This document shows positions 25,911-39,400 of a stretch of 64,000 bases of DNA, piece by piece. The stretch lies in contig KZ538388.1 in NCBI GenBank assembly GCA_000934665.2, forward strand, positions 1-64,000, read 5' to 3'. The translations under genes were made by a program, and so were the position numbers. Source of the DNA: Catajapyx aquilonaris (taxonomy: Eukaryota). The notes beneath the pieces are model-generated. The model saw only the letters and a program-made list of their open reading frames with translations. It searched no databases and had not been told where the DNA came from. Every line of letters starts with the position of its first letter. The stretch's first letter is position 1.

Positions 25911-26084
25911 TATATAAAGGTGCTGGTAGGTGTACAGCTCAATCACTCTTCGGCTCTTCCCCGACTGCCTACCGTGCCCCATCAGGAACCAACTCTCATC
26001 CAAGGAAGAGGGGATCACAAACAGGACAAGAAAACAAACCTCTTGGGGGTGTGGACACCAAGTTGGTACCGCGTACTGGTGCTG
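25911..26084 (+). promoter_or_regulatory. TATA box, Inr and non-coding first exon of the 26670-27784 gene
   Basis: TATATAAA at 25911, Inr-like TCACT at 25943 (about 30 bp later), donor CTG|GTGAGA at 26084, acceptor tctttacag| at 26642. Confidence 0.7.
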
Positions 26085-26206
26085 GTGAGATACTCACTTT
26101 TACTAATAGTAGTAGGCACCCTACAGTGCCTATATTTTATGCTTTCATGTGTAGTTACGGTTAATATGTAGTCTATTATATGAGTGGTGAGGACGACTCG
26201 ACCCCG

Positions 26207-26290
26207 ACAGCCTCTGTAGTTTAGTGGCAGAACGCGCGCTCAATTGAGTGTGTACCTGGGTTCAATTCCCAGCAGTGGCAAAAGGATTCG
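26207..26290 (+). mobile_element. tRNA-like SINE head or tRNA pseudogene in the first intron
   Basis: GCCTCTGTAGTTTAGTGGCAGAACG..GGTTCAATTCCCAGCAGTGGCA has A and B boxes but an imperfect cloverleaf. Confidence 0.55.
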
Positions 26291-26669
26291 AGTCCTAATA
26301 TTGGTGTGGGGTATAGTGATACCATACACTGAATTTGTCGTTGCTTCTTCACGTTTGCTATAGTGTCATCTTCAAAATAATGTACTATAGGGCCTTAGAA
26401 TGCACAACCTGGATATACAGTATTTTCCTTCAGGAAGTTGGCATAACCGAGAGCAACAATCCTGGTGGGTAGTTGTCCAGGTTACTCATTCTAAGGGGTA
26501 GAGTCTGTAACTTATTGTGTTGGGATATTCAATTGAGTAGACTATATTAATTTTATGGGACTAATTTTTATATGGTGTGGGTTAGCCATTAGACCAATGG
26601 GATTGGTGACACGTGGGCCTTCCCGTTTGCTGTTCTTTACAGCAACCGCAGCCTGCTTGCAAATCAAGG

Positions 26670-27784
26670 ATGCTGCGGTCCATGGTCCCGGTGGTGCAGT
26701 TGCTGGTGGTCATCAGCCTGAGCTCATGGGGCTGCCTAGCGACACTACAAAGCGGCGATGTGTCCGCAACGGTCGGCGAAGAGAGGTCCGTGTCAGGGTC
26801 CACTCACCTGGCAGCCTCTCCCAATGTTGTTTCTTCGGCCACGATACAGAGGCCCCATGCTCATAGTCGTGATGGTGGTGGTGGTGGGGGCTACAGTGGC
26901 GGAGGATCTGCAGGTTACGGAGGAGGAGGCGGAGGAGGAGGGGGTGGCGGGTAAATTGGTTTCCATTATGTTACGGCGTGTGAAAACACTAGAGTCACTA
27001 ACAGTATGTCTCTTCTACCCTGTCAGTTACGACTACGGAAAAGGCCAGCAGACCTACGGCCAAACTGCCACGTACCATTACTACCACTACCCTGCGCCGT
27101 CCAGTAGCTCCGGATACGGCAGCTATGGCGACGACTATGAAAGCGACTACGACGAAGGCGGTAGCGACAAGGGCAAGAAGGGCAAGAAGGGACTTTTAGG
27201 TCTCTTGGGTCTCCTGGGTCTAACAGGCTTGAAGGGACTACTGCCACTGGCACTGCCTCTTCTGCTCCTCTTGCTGCCTCTGTTGCTCTTCTTGCCCATC
27301 CCAGTCATCTCCTTTTCACCTCCCTTCGGCCGCGGATTCCGATCCTACACTGAAGGCTTACAGGAAAGGATGTCCTCAACTCTGGAGCTGACGCAAAGGG
27401 TCCTGGAAGCGGAACACTGCATGGAACGCTTGGCCTGCGAGGTCGCATCTCGCTCTCAGGGCACCCGATTTGATCGCCTGCTCAAATGGTGTGTGACATT
27501 GACCTAATTGCCCTGAATAACATCCGAGCCATCAATTATTTCTCGTTTCTTATAGGTTAATACACAAGACAGAGGCGGCTATCCCCAAGAAGCTGAAGAA
27601 GACCGTCAGAGCTTATATGGAAGCCGGCAAAGTCAAGGAGAATGGTACAGAAGCGTGTCAGCGCTACTTGTGCGACCTTTGGAAGGGAATTAGGAGGGCC
27701 CTTGAACCACAAGCTAGAACCGCTCCTAATTACGTGGTATCGCCGCCACTTGGCGTCTCCGACAACCACAGCACTACCCTTTAA
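26670..27784 (+). CDS. 323-aa secreted or membrane Gly/Tyr-rich protein with a Leu/Pro hydrophobic tract and a DM4/DM12-like C-terminal Cys domain; exons 26670-26950, 27027-27488, 27556-27784
   Basis: GT-AG introns in matching phase (2, 2) give 972 nt in frame. Signal-like MLRSMVPVVQLLVVISLSSWGCLA; poly-Gly; YHYYHYPAP; KGKKGKKGLLGLLGLLGL..LLPLALPLLLLLLPLLLFLPIP; GRGFRS; CMERLACEV...CQRYLC. ATTAAA at 28107. Confidence 0.85.
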
Positions 27785-29051
27785 CACATTCCATGTCGTT
27801 CTTCCTCTTCCTTTCCCCTTTCCTCCCCTTGCGTCAATTATTTAACACTTTCCTCGCCTTCGTTTCGAAGCACTTTCGGTTACGTCAGTTGCATGATCGC
27901 GCAAAGACATAGCCTACAAAAAGTGCCTTTGCAGGCATTTTGTTGCGCCAAAACAAGTGACTGGGAAAGTAGACGTGAGACATTCTCCAGTCGTGTGTAG
28001 GTCATCCGTTAAAAAGACAGACGCAATGTCTTTTTTTTTTTTTTTTGAAGAAATTTGCTTTACATTGTTGTACTGTGTATTTATAGTGTAAGTAGGGTTA
28101 ACTTATATTAAAATATATTACGACGACAAACAACCCCGTTTTTTGTTGCCACCGCTAATGATGGATATCAAAGCATCAAAGTGTAACATCGAAAGACTTG
28201 ATCGGCTTATTTATAGACACGTGTAACTGACCGTTAGAAAGACGAGGGCAAAAAAAAAAAAGAACGAAGAATACGTGGTAATAATAATGTGGAGTTGCAA
28301 GGTAGGCCAAGCGTGGTGACCAAGATCCTGGTGGAGGCCGCACTTCCTCGTTCGGTTCTATTCTTAGCCCGCCGGACTCTTCACTGGGGTCCAGACTAGT
28401 GTTGCTGCGGTAGTGCTCAAACGGGACACGTACATGGACCCCCTACCGACCGACCAACCAGACCTAGACGCTTGAATATAGGCCACATTGCTATTTTTTT
28501 TTTCTGCCATACAGTATAATAATGATCCAGGGAGGTCACGTTTTGCACCGTGAATATGGAAAAACTTGAATAACCTTACTTTTTGACCTTCTGCCCTTGA
28601 CCCTTGTCTCTAGTCCTCTACTTTACATCCAATATTGTCTGGGAGCACATGAGAGCGCATGGTCATCGCCATTGCTTTTTGATGCATGCCTAGGCGGAAC
28701 GATGTCCACCGGTGCATGACCAGCATCTGTGACCATCAGTGTGTGAGTGGGTGCCCCGCCCAAGTTGCCCCGTGTCGTCTTCTCGCCTGATGACGACGGT
28801 CCCCACCCACCTACTGAAAGGTAGGTAACAACAGTCAGTCACTCGATCACTTACTCGAAGGCAGAGGTTTTTCTGCTGGTACAATGTCCGCAACTGCATT
28901 TGGCAACGTTGTTTTATATCGGACTGGTCACTTCCTTGTCTTAGTGCCTACCAAAACATTTAATATTTGATGCAGCTCTAAACCATACTGTCCTGCAATT
29001 GTATTGTGTATGTCATCTGTCTACCTCTTCTTTGTTAGAGGAGCAACGGGG

Positions 29052-29415
29052 ATGACTCCACAGGTCCTCTTCATACTGTTGCTTTGCAACACGGAAGCTT
29101 GGACAAATCCTGTCGTAAGGTGAGTTGCTTATATTTTTGTCACGTATTCTCCAGCGATAGTCAGCTGCCAAAGTTGATATATTTGAATTGCCTTTTGACA
29201 GTGGATTTTCCGAGGGAGGGTCGCAGAAGTTGTGGGCAACTGTCACCGACAACAAGGAGACGGCAGCAAGAACTGTACATTATCAGCACTCCATCATTGA
29301 GCAGTTGTTGGCAGACACAGTGTCCATTTTGTTTTTACTCCCATTGCCTTTGCTTCTGTTTACCTGGATCCTACCTATAATTCCCCTGGTGTTGCCACCG
29401 ATTCTTTTTCATTGA
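29052..29415 (+). CDS. Predicted 93-aa microprotein with a signal peptide and a Leu/Pro-rich hydrophobic C-terminus; exons 29052-29119, 29202-29415
   Basis: Inr TCAGT at 28736, donor AAG|GTAGGT at 28820, acceptor ctcttctttgttag| at 29038, ATG at 29052, AG|GTGAGT joined in phase 2 to ccttttgacag|T. Product MTPQVLFILLLCNTEAWTNPVVSGFSEGGSQKLWATVTDNKETAARTVHYQHSIIEQLLADTVSILFLLPLPLLLFTWILPIIPLVLPPILFH*. AATAAA at 29719. Confidence 0.7.
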
Positions 29416-29949
29416 CACCAGACGGTGCATGACTGACTGACTGACAGACCGACGTACGAGACGTGACTGACAGTATTGACACCCATCCAAAGACTGACTC
29501 CGGTTGTGTTTTTACAGTGAACTTGCATGACTCGAGACTGATGTTAGTGACAGTGAACATGGACAATAGACGGACATGACCACCCACAAACATCTTTATT
29601 CTGGCTTCAAATATTATTTAATTATTTGTTTGTTGTTGCTTACTATATATTGATTGTTACGATGTATTTATTTTGCTGGCGATTTATCTCGTGATCTTCA
29701 TCGAAAGGCGTTTGTCGTAATAAAGGACGTTAGAAATTATTAACGACACTTGTCCACTTTATGACAATCCGTATTGTTTTCACAGCCATTGTGCTTCAGG
29801 CATTTGTTTACCGCGTGCCACGACGGATGCGACATTGACGCATGGGTTAATTCAATAGGGCTAAGTACCGACAGATTCCACATGCCACTTCACGTTCAGG
29901 TGACAACGGCCTTGGAACAATCCTTACAGCTTCTCAGAACTAGCAGTAG

Positions 29950-30464
29950 ATGTCAGCACGCTCCTCGTCAACTGGCCATCCTTTTCCGCACTCCCCGGCG
30001 CCATCTCTCAATTTTTGAAACTAACACTAGCCACAAATGCTGGCAATAACCTAGAAGGTCCCTCCCCAATCTGTTCCTACACTCTCAAAAATATCTACCC
30101 CCACCTTTTAAAAGTAGCTCCAACTTTTGAAAAAAACAAATCCGCATCCCGAACAATTCCCCCTGTCAACGCCCCAGCCACCCGGGTACGGAGCCAAGCA
30201 GACTGAGACTACACATCCGTCGTATTTCCAAGACTAGTTGTTATGGTTCGATCTGGCAACGGTGCGCGAAGGTCGGCCGACCAACCTGACAGCCTGTGTG
30301 TACCATCCCGCCTTCCCGCCGAGCTAGTTGGCCTGTTGGTGAAGTGTCGGCCGGTTCCACACTGCCAGTGCCAGCCCGTCAGGAGCAGCCAGAGTACATT
30401 CGGTGCTGATTCCGGTGTCCGTCCGAATTTGCTGAAGAGTTGCTTCGATTGAGTGTGAGTAAGT
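29950..30464 (+). promoter_or_regulatory. Candidate distal promoter and non-coding first exon of the prominin-like gene
   Basis: CpG-rich stretch ending in overlapping strong donors GTGAGT (30455) and GTAAGT (30459); the next recognisable plus-strand exon starts at acceptor 44550. Inference only. Confidence 0.4.
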
Positions 30465-33400
30465 CAGTCTGTGTCCTCCGCCCCCCCATTCCCTGTTCCG
30501 AGTAATGACCCTCCCCCTGCTGCTTCCTTCCATTTTTTTTTTTTTTGGGCCCTTGCCTTATGTGGGGATGACCTGTCTTGATGACCTCCCAACATTGTGA
30601 CAGGATGTAGTTGGAACAGTGTAGCAAGTATGGGATGAATTGTTTTCAGATGGAACATTTTTTGGGCATAAAATGGGGTTGATGACTTGTTGGTCGGTTG
30701 GAGATGAGCCCAGCCAGCTTCTTCTGAGCAGGAAGTTGTGTTCCGTAATGGCTGATATGACACGAGTCGTGTGGGGGTGGAATTTTTGTTGCGGTGTACT
30801 TGTTCTGGGGTTGTATTTATTTGCGGCATGTCACGGTGTGGTGGTATAGGGCATGTTCCATGACCAACGATGCTGTCATTATTATGTAATTGAGCATGAA
30901 AGCGATGTGGCCGTCCAGGTGGAGGTAATGGACTTGCCTTTTGGCTCTGAGTACTGTTTATCATGAGTTTGATGTGTGTGGAGTGCCATCTGGTCCATCC
31001 GGAGGTGTTTGTCAGTGCTCAGAAAATAACGAGAGTGCTTGATGGTGCGCAAGCCCACACTTTGATGAATAATTTCACGGACTAGTGGATTTTTTTCCCA
31101 TTAAGCAGAGGAATTCCATCACAGGCAACTTCCAGGGGAAGTCTAATGGATGGTGGATGAGTTTGAATTTGCAGGGTTTTGATGTCACATGTTGCATGCT
31201 TTGCCGACAAATATTAATATTGATCATACTGTCAAGTATGCATGATACTTAATTTTATAACGTTCACTCTATTTGAACATGGCTATAATTAGGACAGTAA
31301 CACCTGCCACCACTAGTTAGCCCTAAGCTATGCCTTGGTACTGAGCCAAACAAGATTTATCATAATTATGTGATGATAACATTGCGGTAATTCCTGTAGG
31401 CTTTGCTTTGGCTTCTTACCATACCAGAGAATTGAGGACTTTTCGCATTCTCATTCCATCCAATACTCTACTGTACGTATGGCGTAGAAAATATTTACCG
31501 AGTCCATATCTGGCTTGCCGCAGAATAAGTAACAATACAGTACAGCAGATTCCAAGCAAGAAGTATGGTGCAGGCAGACTGTCACATAATTCTTTGTCAG
31601 TCAGTTTTGACATGTTTGGCATTACTTTGTTACTTTCCTGCTGTATATGCACTATTTACATAGTTTGTGGTTTGACATAACTGCATTATGATGCAGTTAG
31701 CAACAAAATCATAGCCACTTAACTGATTACTTAAGTGTAATTGCAGTGTATCTCTTGGTCTTTGGTTGGGGGGGGGGGNNNNNNNGGGGGGGGGGGCGAA
31801 GACCGTAAATTCCATTGTAACACAAACTGAAAGTAAAAGTGTGTTGGCACCGTGGATGCTCAAACTTTGGGCAGTATAAACAAGTTAACAGGTAATATTC
31901 TTAGCGTCGTGCAAGCTCTTGAAACGTTAAATGAACTTTCTGCTTGTTTCACTTTGTGCATTTGAACATACTTGGGCAAACAGTGGGCATGTTCCATGAA
32001 TAGAGTTTGATAGTATTGATTTTCAGTTTTTTGTCACTCATGAGCCCTTTGTTTTGCTGCATTGTGTATATACTGCAAATGCAAGAACATCAGCTGATTT
32101 GTGCTTTGTTCTGCACTATGCTTCATTATGCGTGAAACAAAGGCTATAATCACTTGATGAGATTCTGTTAAAAGCCATTCAGTGTGAAATATTATCCTAA
32201 TGGTGATGCACTACAGCCTGGCTCCTGACTTATTTTCTGACACCGAATCATGCAAATGTCGCTGAGCCACGGCAAGGACCGACATTGCTTCACAGCGTAG
32301 GTGACATCCAAATGTATCTACATATTCGACCTATCCCCGACCTACAAATTAAGCGCTGCCACACACAACGACTAGAATTGAGAGCAATTAGTGATTGGAT
32401 TTGTGTTCCGTGTTCCACGGCACACTGCCTCCTCATCCAAATGTGGAAATTGGATTTGCCACTGCCGTTTTCAAGCAGAGTGGCTTCCAAGGTTGCAGCT
32501 ACCCATTCCACTTCTCCCTTTTTTTATTGTTCCCAGCTTTTTGAATGTGATGGCATGAAATTGAAGCAAGTGGGCCGGAACCAAAACGAGAGGGAGAGGA
32601 TGGGCTCTGCTTTCTGGCGTGACTGTACCTTGTATTTAAAGCCCAGTCTCAGGATGAGGACTAGGGAGAAAAAAACAGTCAACCGCATGCATGCACATAT
32701 CCCTGACTCACATGGGCTGGGCCCTGACTCACAGTATACCACCGAGGAAGGCTAATAATACTATCGATTCCATTTTTCTCCAGTTACAATTCAACCAGTC
32801 ATATGCTGAGCGTAGTCTTGATTTCCAGGAGATGATCAATTGGTACGGAACAGGAATCAGAATGATTTGTGTGCGACCACCCCTCCTTTGGGGCTCGATT
32901 CTGGGGGAGAATTGATTGCTCCCCGGGCCCTCTTCTTTATGGAATCTGGCCCTGGGGTAATGAAGCCTGATTTCTTTGCCCATCCACCAATTTTCAGGGT
33001 ATTGGCAGAGGTTTGTGCTGGCGAGGTGGATTTCAAATCATGGGGGGTTGTTGAAAAGGATGGACTCAGGGGCAGCCAGGCCTCAATTTAAGATGCTGCC
33101 ATTTCTATGCTGATTGCTTTCTGGCAGTATTGCACGTGTGGGATGCCGGAGTTTGGGTGACACTGTTTTGTAGGTTGGAACAGGTTTGGGGAATGGGAAG
33201 TTGGTCATACGGGTGTACCTGGGGGCAATGTAGGTTGGTGTCTTGTAACCTGTCAGATATATTACTCCGGACGTGAAATCATACGTGACCGATACGTGAA
33301 ACCCTGCCGCATGCGCATGCGTGTCCAAGCCTTGTATAAATTATTATGAAGCTGTCGCACGCGTAGAATAATTACGGGGTGGAGCCAGGCAACGTACCGG

Positions 33401-36400
33401 AAACGAAAACTATAAACTTGGCTTCACCCCTCAAGTGATTCTGATTGCCCATGACCACAGAAATGTGAGTAGGCCATGTTGATTGTTTTCGTTTTCCTTA
33501 ATACTTTTCATGGGAAGCGGAAACTCCTTAATAATCGTGACGAAAGTGGGTATTTATGGAATGGTTAAGGGACCAGGACAAATGATGTCCGCTTAGCTGG
33601 ATCAAAATGGCAATGAACCGGGTGTCAACAATTGAATCACTCCCATATAACTCTTGACAGGCGAAAGAAGTCGGGTATTCCGCGGGTGTCGTCTGTCGTG
33701 ACCTCCAAAACTGCACGCCAGCCCAGGAGCCGTCATTTGCATACCAATCGCGGGATTGATCAGTCCGGCCTTGATTCCAGGCGGGGAAGCGCCTTCAAAG
33801 AGGCCCATATTTGTATACTGAGACGGATTCGAAGCGACGAGCTGTATGGGTTCGGATTAAACATGGTATGAAACGTGGTGCTATAGCCTTGCAATATTCC
33901 AACCTGCCTCAAAATGTGGGGCAAAGAAATTCCAGCGTGGGAAAACATGTAAGGGAAATGAACGTGGTTCTAGAAGAACACTCACGTGATGGGAAACTGG
34001 TGATCTTGACCTGGCAGGTATGAAGCATTGTATTGTACTGTACGAGGAGAAATGGCTCGTGTGTTCATATGGCGTGGGGTAACTTTTTTCTTTCTTTTTT
34101 GCTGAAATGAACAGTGTGATTCATATTGAATGTCATATGCTTTCTATTTGAGTAGCGGAGGCGATTTATATTGAGCTGTATTGCCAGGCTGGAGATTAGT
34201 TAGGGATTATCGTTACAGTGTTCAGTGGGCGTAAAAAGGGCATTGTGTGTGTGATGGGGGGAACGTCCACTTTGTAGCACGGATTTTTGCATAGTTGGCA
34301 TTTTACCGATGCTCGTAGCGATTGTCGGTAGTCAATTTTTTGCAGTCGAGTGAAGGCAGGATATGAGGGAATGAATAGTAGAGCTTGGGATCGAACCGGG
34401 ACCGTCATATTATATTTGAAATATTATATTGAAAAGTACCAGACCAATTGCTATATGCTTAACGAAAAGGTCGCTAAGGGCCGGTTGCGTGATCCATGGT
34501 AAATCCCGAACAAGTGGTTGAGCCTAAGATAATCAGATTAATTACTTAGAAAAATTAATTGTTCCGGGCTGCTGTCGTCACGAATGCATATCTGACTTGC
34601 ACTCAAGCTAGGACACTTGCTGACCAAGTGACGTAAATTGTGTTACAATAACACCGGAGATAATATTCAGCCGAATGTACACACAAGCTGTCAGAGCCCA
34701 AGCTCTTGACAGCTTGGAAGCCACCAGATGACCTCTTGAGATGTCCACGCAACATTGTTATCAACGAGCATTATCGGCTTCTACAAGGCCAGCAACAATC
34801 GCTCCATAATGAGAAGACCCAACCTCTTGCTCTTGAAGAACGCAGCCACACATTGTACTGCACATGTATAGTACAATATGCAGGACATTGAAGTTGGGCA
34901 ACCTGTGTTACGGACCTTGCGGCATGCATTTAATTGCGAATGAGTCACTAACTGCCGGACTTATTTGTCGCTGACACGCCGGAATGCGACTCGTGCAATG
35001 TCACAGTTGACGAATCATTTGCCCTGAGCGAAGGAATTGACGGTTGTTCGGAGCGGGTAATTGGATGAGAGTGAAGGGTGCATAAAAAGGCCTTTCAAAA
35101 AGGGAAGGCGGATGATAAAAGCTTGGGAGCCATAATTGGTTCGAATCCGGAGCGCGCCTGGCTTATTCCTCCGCTTTGTTTGAGACCCAAATTGTGGTGT
35201 GAGAAGTGACGAGATCGTTGGGGAATGCTGGAAGAAATGCGATGCACTCCTGACTATACAGGGAAGCTGTCAGTTTTTCAAGCCTCGACTGTTTTATTTT
35301 GGCAAAGTTGGGAAGTGTGGAGGGCATACCGAGACTACCCCACCTAGCAACCAGCAGGAAGTCGGAATGTGGTCGTAAGCAATTTAGCGTAAAATGGTTT
35401 ATCGTTAGTGTTGTCACCGATGCAAACCTCTGACCTACAGTATCTAATTAGATGCGGACTTTTCCCCTATAGTTGGCGGTATGACCTGTGGTACGTGGAC
35501 GGCCTGCAGCACCCCCCAGGCCGCGGGCTATTCATTGAATAATTTGGCTGGCCTCCGCTGATCCACTCAGATTAGCCATAATTTATTGTTATTGCTGGGG
35601 GAAGGAGGCCACTTCACCCTTCGGAAAGTGTGATCAATCATGGAGGAGCGGGGGTAACGAGGGAAGACCCCACCCTAAGCAGTCTGGTTGGTGGTAGGAG
35701 GGAAAAGGAGAGGAATGCGTGCATATTATTAGCTGGTTGTATGGGTAGGAGGCTTTTGTGCCAGCTCAGAGCAAGTGTTGCAAAATAATGCGATCCGGTG
35801 CTGTATCTTGGCCGTTTTCGTGTGCGGCGACGCCTACGTGGTGGGAACGGAGGCACATAGGGAAGCTGCATGTATGGCGGTGCGTGTCGATGCCTACCGG
35901 TTCTTTGGTGTGGTACAGGGTGTGGCAGAAGTTTCTGGTTTGCCTATTTTGATGTTGTAATGAAGGAGATTTTATGTGGTATAAATGCGATGGGCTCTTT
36001 CTGCTGCGATATGTAGGGTGCAAATTATTGCAGTTCATGTCGAGGGCGAACAACATGACAATGTGCAAATTGGTGACGGCATGTTTAGGCGGACTTGTGA
36101 AGTCACTATAGATCGCTCCAGGAATTGGTAGCACAACTCAATATGAATGGGACGCAGTCACGGAGAGAGACGTTCGACCAGAGGTCGTTTGGAATCGTTT
36201 AAATCCCCGCGATTTTGCCGGAAAATATCGTTGTAACGAATGTAACCTAAATCTAGCTTTCAAGACGTTTTTTTTTCTCTCCCTCTATAGTACACACAGT
36301 TTAAATAAATAGGATGTCGCTTCGTGGACTTCACCTGTCAGCTGAGCAGCGATCAAGGATGGAAAGAATGCTGATCAAATATTTGAGCTTAGGCAATATA

Positions 36401-39400
36401 AAAAGGAAGATAAGCAACTGTTGCAAATAAAGGAGCCGCCTACAATGTCAAAACGTGATATGATGGGTGACGTCTGAGAGAATATAGTGTTCCATAAGTG
36501 CGCCATAAAAGTGAGCAGATTAGTGGGATTGTCAAATACATTGTAGTAGGCTATATATTAGTCCGCTGATATTGAAACGGTCGTTAATTTAGACTAGGTC
36601 ATCAAGTACTGTTAATTTTGTTGTGGGTCAGTTTACTATTTTTCTCACTGCGGCATTTTGAGGGCCCATTTATTATGATTGCGTAACGAGTATTTTAAGA
36701 GGTTTTACCGATATTGCACCGCTATCGTATAAAATAAATCGTATCTGACAAGGGTGTTCCTTTTCAGATACGTGTATTCTGTGCGACGCAAGTGTTGCCG
36801 TAAGGCCATAAAAATCCACCCATGTTGACTTGTGATTGACATCGGGCGGGCAGCAAGATTGCCCTTACCACGGATATTGCTAGATAGCCCAGCACGCAGA
36901 TTGGCAGTAGAATGTCATTGTCCGGCCTGTGGTGTATATAGCCACCAGGAAAAAGTTCGCTTCGTGGACCCTATCCCCGAGGTTTCAGTATGAAAGAACA
37001 CGTTGCGAGATTAAAGGGGGAAAAGCCGATAGTGTATCTGTATTGTCGAGGAAGTTGAGCTGATGTCACGTGTCTCGGCCAAGTCCACTCCTGCGGGTAA
37101 GCGATGGCGTCATAGGAGATACGCGAATGACGCTATGTTCAGGGCTCTCGGAAGTGTTATGACGCGATTTTTAATCCGGCTTCTGGAGAGGAGAAAACTT
37201 GAGGTTGTGTTGTCACTGACGTACTGTACAGTAACATACGTGTTGGTCGAGACCCTTATCATTTGGTCGCAGGTTATTCTGTCAGTTTCCGAATTGATTT
37301 GATGTAGTATTACATTCCGAGGAGCATGCTGGGAAAAACCAGGGCCACAGCAAGGAAGTGGATAATTCGAGGAAAACTCTGGTCCGGAAGCCAAACAGCG
37401 GTGTGGTCGATCAATTTGCCAGCTTGCCAACAAACCGGCCTGGATTGTGGTTGCATCAAGATTTCTTGGCCCGCATGACCTGGAAGGAAGCGGCTGTCTA
37501 CCTCTTTTAACCTTCCTCTCACCCAGATTACAAGATAAAGTCAATTTTGGGTTGAGTAGCTGGGGGCACGTCTGATCAAAATGATTATACTGTACACTGT
37601 ACAGTGTATGGCCCTTGGGTCCATTCAGATGTTTTTTTTTTTTTTTAATGAAGTGTTTCATTTCGTCCTGTTGCCATTTGGAAAAGCTGCATTTTTGGTA
37701 AATCGTGTGCTGGCTGGCGCCCGTACTTTTTTTTACTATTTTTGTTTCTGTTGCTCTGGTTACGCTTGCCTGGAGCGTGGAAAAGGCCGATGACTCGTAC
37801 TCGGTGGCAAGGTCCCTTCAATGTTGAGGGATTCATTCTTCGGTGCACTTGTTCTGGCCTTGGAAGCTGCTTTTCTTTGTCGAGCTTATGGTATAGTCGC
37901 ATCGAGTGTTGTCAGCTCTTGGCGTTGGAAAAATATTCACACCCACGCCATGGCAACCCGGGCAATTACCGCTCTCTTTATTCATCATGTAGATTTGGTA
38001 CAGACCGGTGTAAGCAGAAACTTGGTTGCACCGAGATTGGGTATTAGCACACATGTACAGTATACGATGGGCCCAGCGCAAATTGGGGACAGTCTGCAGT
38101 GGCTTGTATGCAGCAAAGCAGCCAGCATTTTTTTTTGGGAGGGGTGGGTTGAAGGCCATATGTAAGAGTGGTGTACTCTACAATCGATCCCGTCAGGGCT
38201 GGGATAGGGGGGGGGGGGGGTGCACCCCTGCAGATGATTCTTAGCCGCGCTTTGCCTGCAGCATGGCCGCAGTTATTTTCTGAAGGTCTTCACCAGGAGC
38301 TTCCGCATAGCTCTTGTACCGGAAAATAAGATTTTCGGCACGTGTTGGCTGCAATAATGATTGGGCGCCTGGAAGGCTTCCGAGTACAGATAATAAATGA
38401 TGGGGCAGCCTGATTGTTGCCATGGTGGCGGATCGGATGCGTTCTTACCTGTCTGGTTCTGTAGGTATCGAAAAAGGTGCCAAGCGGGGCTGGGGGAAAT
38501 TGTTCCCAGTTGAGTTGACACGCAGTTGCACAACGATAAGAATGATCATTTTGCACAATCAGTTCCGGGCCAGTACGCTTGGAGCGTTCGGCTAACAAGC
38601 TTCCTCCGTATACCTGTCTGCGAGCCAAATAATTATCGGGAGCAATCACTTTTCGCGGATATGGAATTTTTTCTCTCTCTCAGCCCTTACATTCGGAAAT
38701 GAAAAGGTCAGCAATTAAACGAAGCCGGTTTTTTAATCTTTTTTAATTATTTTGCATGCGTACATATTAATTTTTCAGTTCTCCGCCGTACTTGAAACCT
38801 AGATTTTTCCGCAGCAGTTTTTCCCACCCTCTCGCCGGGGCGACACATATCTAGGTCGAATATTTTCAATTATTTTGGACCGGCCAGTGTAAGTGGGTCG
38901 ACTACCACATTTACAGCACGTCACACATAACGGGGGGGTGTTCCACCGCAGACTGATAGATGATCGATCTGGGCTCCGGTGCATTAGCGTGATCGCAGTT
39001 CCATGTGGACAGCGTACAGCGGCGGATGCACCTGACCCACACACTTCGTGCTGGATAACGGGATTTTTGGCTGGTCTGCCCACTGGCAGAAATTCCACGT
39101 CACCAGGTGCCCAAATGGGGACCGGAAGAACATTTGCATTAACGGTTAAGGAGTGCTTCCTGGTGTGGTGACTGGTTATGCGACAGACATCTGGTGAAAA
39201 ATGGATGATATTTGAATTTTCATAAGAGTGGATAAGATAAGACCATATGACGGGACATGTACGCAGTGTGTGTACCGTTTGGAGGTAGATAAGCGTGGTC
39301 GGTCAAGTGCAAGCGATTTAGTCGGAAAGTGGGATAGATTGGTGACAGTGCAGTGGAAGACTTGTCCAGAATGGTGAGTGGTCACCTGGTTCAGTTTGAG

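Noticed and set aside
25722..26171. 149-aa Gly/Arg-rich ORF
   Set aside because: It runs through GGT/GGA microsatellite, the TATA box and the non-coding first exon of the downstream gene.
30243..30452. 69-aa ATG ORF in the candidate first exon
   Set aside because: No homology or signal features; at most a uORF of an unverified transcript.
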